Shown: positions 60,721-64,000 of the stretch, in pieces
Layout: the number at the start of each line of letters is the position of its first letter
Position numbering within the stretch: the stretch's first letter is position 1
Origin: Callorhinchus milii
Taxonomy: Eukaryota
NCBI RefSeq assembly: GCF_018977255.1
Contig: NW_024704743.1
Coordinates: forward strand, 6,698,001-6,762,000
Direction of reading: 5' to 3'
Length of the DNA stretch: 64,000 bases
Translations under genes and position numbers: made by a program
Notes under the pieces: model-generated
Databases searched by the model: none
The model's input: the letters and a program-made list of their open reading frames with translations, nothing else
Told to the model about the DNA's origin: nothing

Positions 60721-63700
60721 CATCAAGGCCTAAATGAGCTTCAACTTTCTCCAACAATGACGCAATGATGACACTTGTGCTGACAATATGCTCCTCTTAC
60801 AAATGTTTACATTAATTATGGAGAAATGTATTCGTCTGTGTCACCAGGATAATTTCCCCTCTTTGCAGTTGCAGCTGGAATCCGTACCTCCCCAAAGTAT
60901 AGTATTTATGATACATAATGTCATTCATCTGACCATTCTCACAGTGGGGAGACTTCAATTGCAAAACAATGGCTTCATTATTGACATCCCAAGCTCACTT
61001 CATACTCAGGGGCAGTTCAGGCAACAGAAACAAATTCTTACCAAATCTGCCTGTGCAACTTTATTGCATAAATTGGGTTACTGCCAGTTTCTCCATAAAA
61101 TTATTGTGGCCTGAAGACATTTGCTGAACTGTTGACAAATGTAAAAATGCAAGCTTCATACAGTCCTTATGTTTCCATCCTAAAATTCAGAAGAAAGCTT
61201 CTGTCATTTGGAGGAAACTACAACTAGTATATACATATATATACCTCCACTGCTTTATTAATATATTAGCGAAGAGGGCAATGTAACACTGCAGAAATTA
61301 TGAATTCCCAGCCAATTTTGACATTTATAGCACATAATATGCTAAACTAAGAGTTTTCAGTTATTGCAATAAAATTGCACATTTTTATATTCATGTTCTT
61401 TTCCACTACATTGTACAACATGGAACCAGATGTCCGACTGGCTCATTTGGAAGCAATCTTGCCTGAGTCAGAAGGTTGTGGCTTCAAGCCCCATGTTAGG
61501 ATTTTACAATGCAATACATGGTCAGGTCTGATTGCTCAGGTGGATTTTACGGATACCATGGTACTACTGGGAACAAGAGAGTTTTTCCTTGTGTCCTGGC
61601 CAGGAATCCCCCAAACAAAATTGGTCAGTCACTTCATTGCTGTTTGTGGGACATCGCTGTGTGACATCCAACATGAAAGGCGCTCTATAAATGCAATCTT
61701 GTTGTTGTTGTGTGTTAACTGACTGCCAAATTAGCCTACCAATACACAATCGCTACACTTTTAATAATTCCCGTGAAGCTCTTTGAGATGTTTTGATCAT
61801 GTGACAATGCACAATATCAAATGCAAGGATTATTAACAGCATTTACATTGTGGCAATTCATACCCACAGTCCTTAACATCATCAATAGCGGGTCCTCCCA
61901 ATAACTGGAAGCAGGTCATGACCTGTGGTAACAACTACATTCTAGCGTCTTCAAGTAATGGAACGTGAATCTGATTACTGAAAATAATCATTGTTTGCTA
62001 TTGATTATTCCTAATAGGATCTGCTGAAAATTAAACCCATAATTTGTTGCATTGTCAAATGTGGTGCAATAATAACTTCACCTCAGAACCCTGTAAAACT
62101 AATTTATTGCGTATTTTACAATCCTTGGTTGAATACTGCTATCCAGTCCGATTATAAACGGAGATATTGCCACTGCACCCCACTCCCCTCTGCACACACA
62201 CTAGACTTGAACGGATAATGACACAGATCCAGATCTTTCCAGGCTTCACTACAAAGGGAGAATCCTTTGAAGGAATTTTCTGTAATTGAATTCAACTCCT
62301 CTTTAGCATGGCCCTCTTTGATGCACAGCAGATGTTGGGAGGAAATACTTAAGAAATTATCAATGGAAAGATAGCTGCCAATACATTGTTTTACATTGTT
62401 TCACGAATATTCTTAAGATTTGAAGATAAGAGTTGAAGATATTTGGATTTTGTTCTTCGCAGTGATGTTACTACCCAAATGACGAATTTATCTTGCAATC
62501 TTTTTTGACAAAATCTTTAACATCTTATTAAGATTCTAAGAGCAAACTTGGTGTCTAACTTGGTGTCTAAACTGTGACAGTTTCAATTGGTATATCTGTG
62601 GGAGTGCCAAACACTCTGGATTCTATACAAATCAGCTTTGTGGGGGGAGGGGAGGTGAAGAGACATGTTCTCCCTTTAATAACAATTGAGTTGCAAATGC
62701 AGGTTCCTTAGGGGAACCTGGAGGTGTGAAACACAAAACTCCGCTCCGGAGGCATATTGTGTTGGAGTGGAACAAGACTCCTCTTTGTGACTCAAAATCA
62801 GCCATGTCCAGCAAACAGAAAAGTCAGCCCCTCTGGGTACGTGGGTGGAATGGACTATTCCATCCAATAAAACTCCCCAATTGGTATATCTGTGGGATTG
62901 CCAAACACTCTGGATTCTATACAAATCAGCTCTACTGAGGGGGGGGGGGGGGGAGATATGTTCTCCCTAAAATGCACTCTTTTTGTACAAACTGCATTAA
63001 CAAATCTTTTCATTTTGATGCAATGAAAACACTGGGCCCTCATTTCTAATCTCCTATTTAGCCCAGTTTCATTCTGGTTTCCCCAGACTCTAATCACATT
63101 GAGAGGACTAAGGAGCTGCTAGCCACTGGTCATGGCAGTCTCTTAATTTGTAATGAACGACAGCAACGTATCGGAGCTACTGCTCAATTATTTCCACAGA
63201 TAAGCTTGAGGTATTAACAAGTCGTAGAGAATCAGGAATAAGTAATTCCTTTCTTAAATGTGGAACCTATGAAACCATTGACTCTCCGAAGATCCACAGG
63301 CTGAGTTCAGGCAAAAGTACTTGAACTGAATGTGTGGAGTAACTAAAGATCATCAAAAGAATAGTTACTCAAAAAATGACAGCCCTTCCTCCAGCAATTT
63401 TAAAGTCGGGCAGAAGGTCCAACTTGAAAATAAAGACCTGAGATCTGCAGCTCCTCACAAAATACAGTCACTCCACTTTACAGTAAACTTTACAGAGAAG
63501 CACTTTGAAACGTCTCAGCGGCGTGTTAAGTCACTTATATCAAATACAAGGATTATTCTTCTTCTCCCATATTAATGTGGTGCAATATGAACATTGTAAA
63601 CTTCTCCCTTTGGAGAAAACAGTTCAATTTCCTTAGGTCATGATAGGAGTATAGAAACAAGAGACCATTTAACCCATTTAATCATTTAACTCTGCCATTA

Positions 63701-64000
63701 GCCCACAACAGCTCCTTTACCTTTTTAAAACCACTGTTTATTTTAATACTCTTACTTACCAAGTACCTATCTACTTTGTTCTCAAACACCTCAATTGATT
63801 CTGAGTCGACAGTCATGTGGGACAGGACATTTGCACATTCTCACACCCCCATTGTGTGAAGAAATTGTTCCCTCCTGTCTTTGAGGCAGACGATAAACAG
63901 GAGTAGAAACCTTCAACTTTATGGTTTGTTCGGGCATCCCCAAACGCTAGTGAATGAAGTGAAGTATCCACTTCCATGAAAGTACAGCCATAAGGACTGC

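Overview
Repeat-rich, AT-rich vertebrate genomic DNA, not prokaryotic. The mix of tRNA-head/Deu-domain SINEs with L2 tails plus abundant CR1 and L2 fragments points to a cartilaginous fish, possibly a holocephalan (inference). The only protein-coding gene I can firmly support is the 3' end of MPP7 (MAGUK p55 family) on the minus strand. Five GT-AG exons (55407 to 41887) splice in frame to give the guanylate-kinase-like domain and the stop codon. About 6 kb past the stop is a small CpG-island promoter (about 35545-35830) with CRE and X-box-like motifs, bracketed by a 1.6-kb CA/CAGTGA satellite and a 13 x 17-bp minisatellite. I found no recognisable protein-coding exons in 1-35 kb, only candidate splice-bounded segments. 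The rest is nested retroelements, one recent 1.5-kb tandem duplication, a decayed L1/Tx1-like relic, a split hairpin element and an old unclassified repeat family. I do not see convincing evidence of a wholly new biological system; the best leads are structural or regulatory. Repeat boundaries are approximate.
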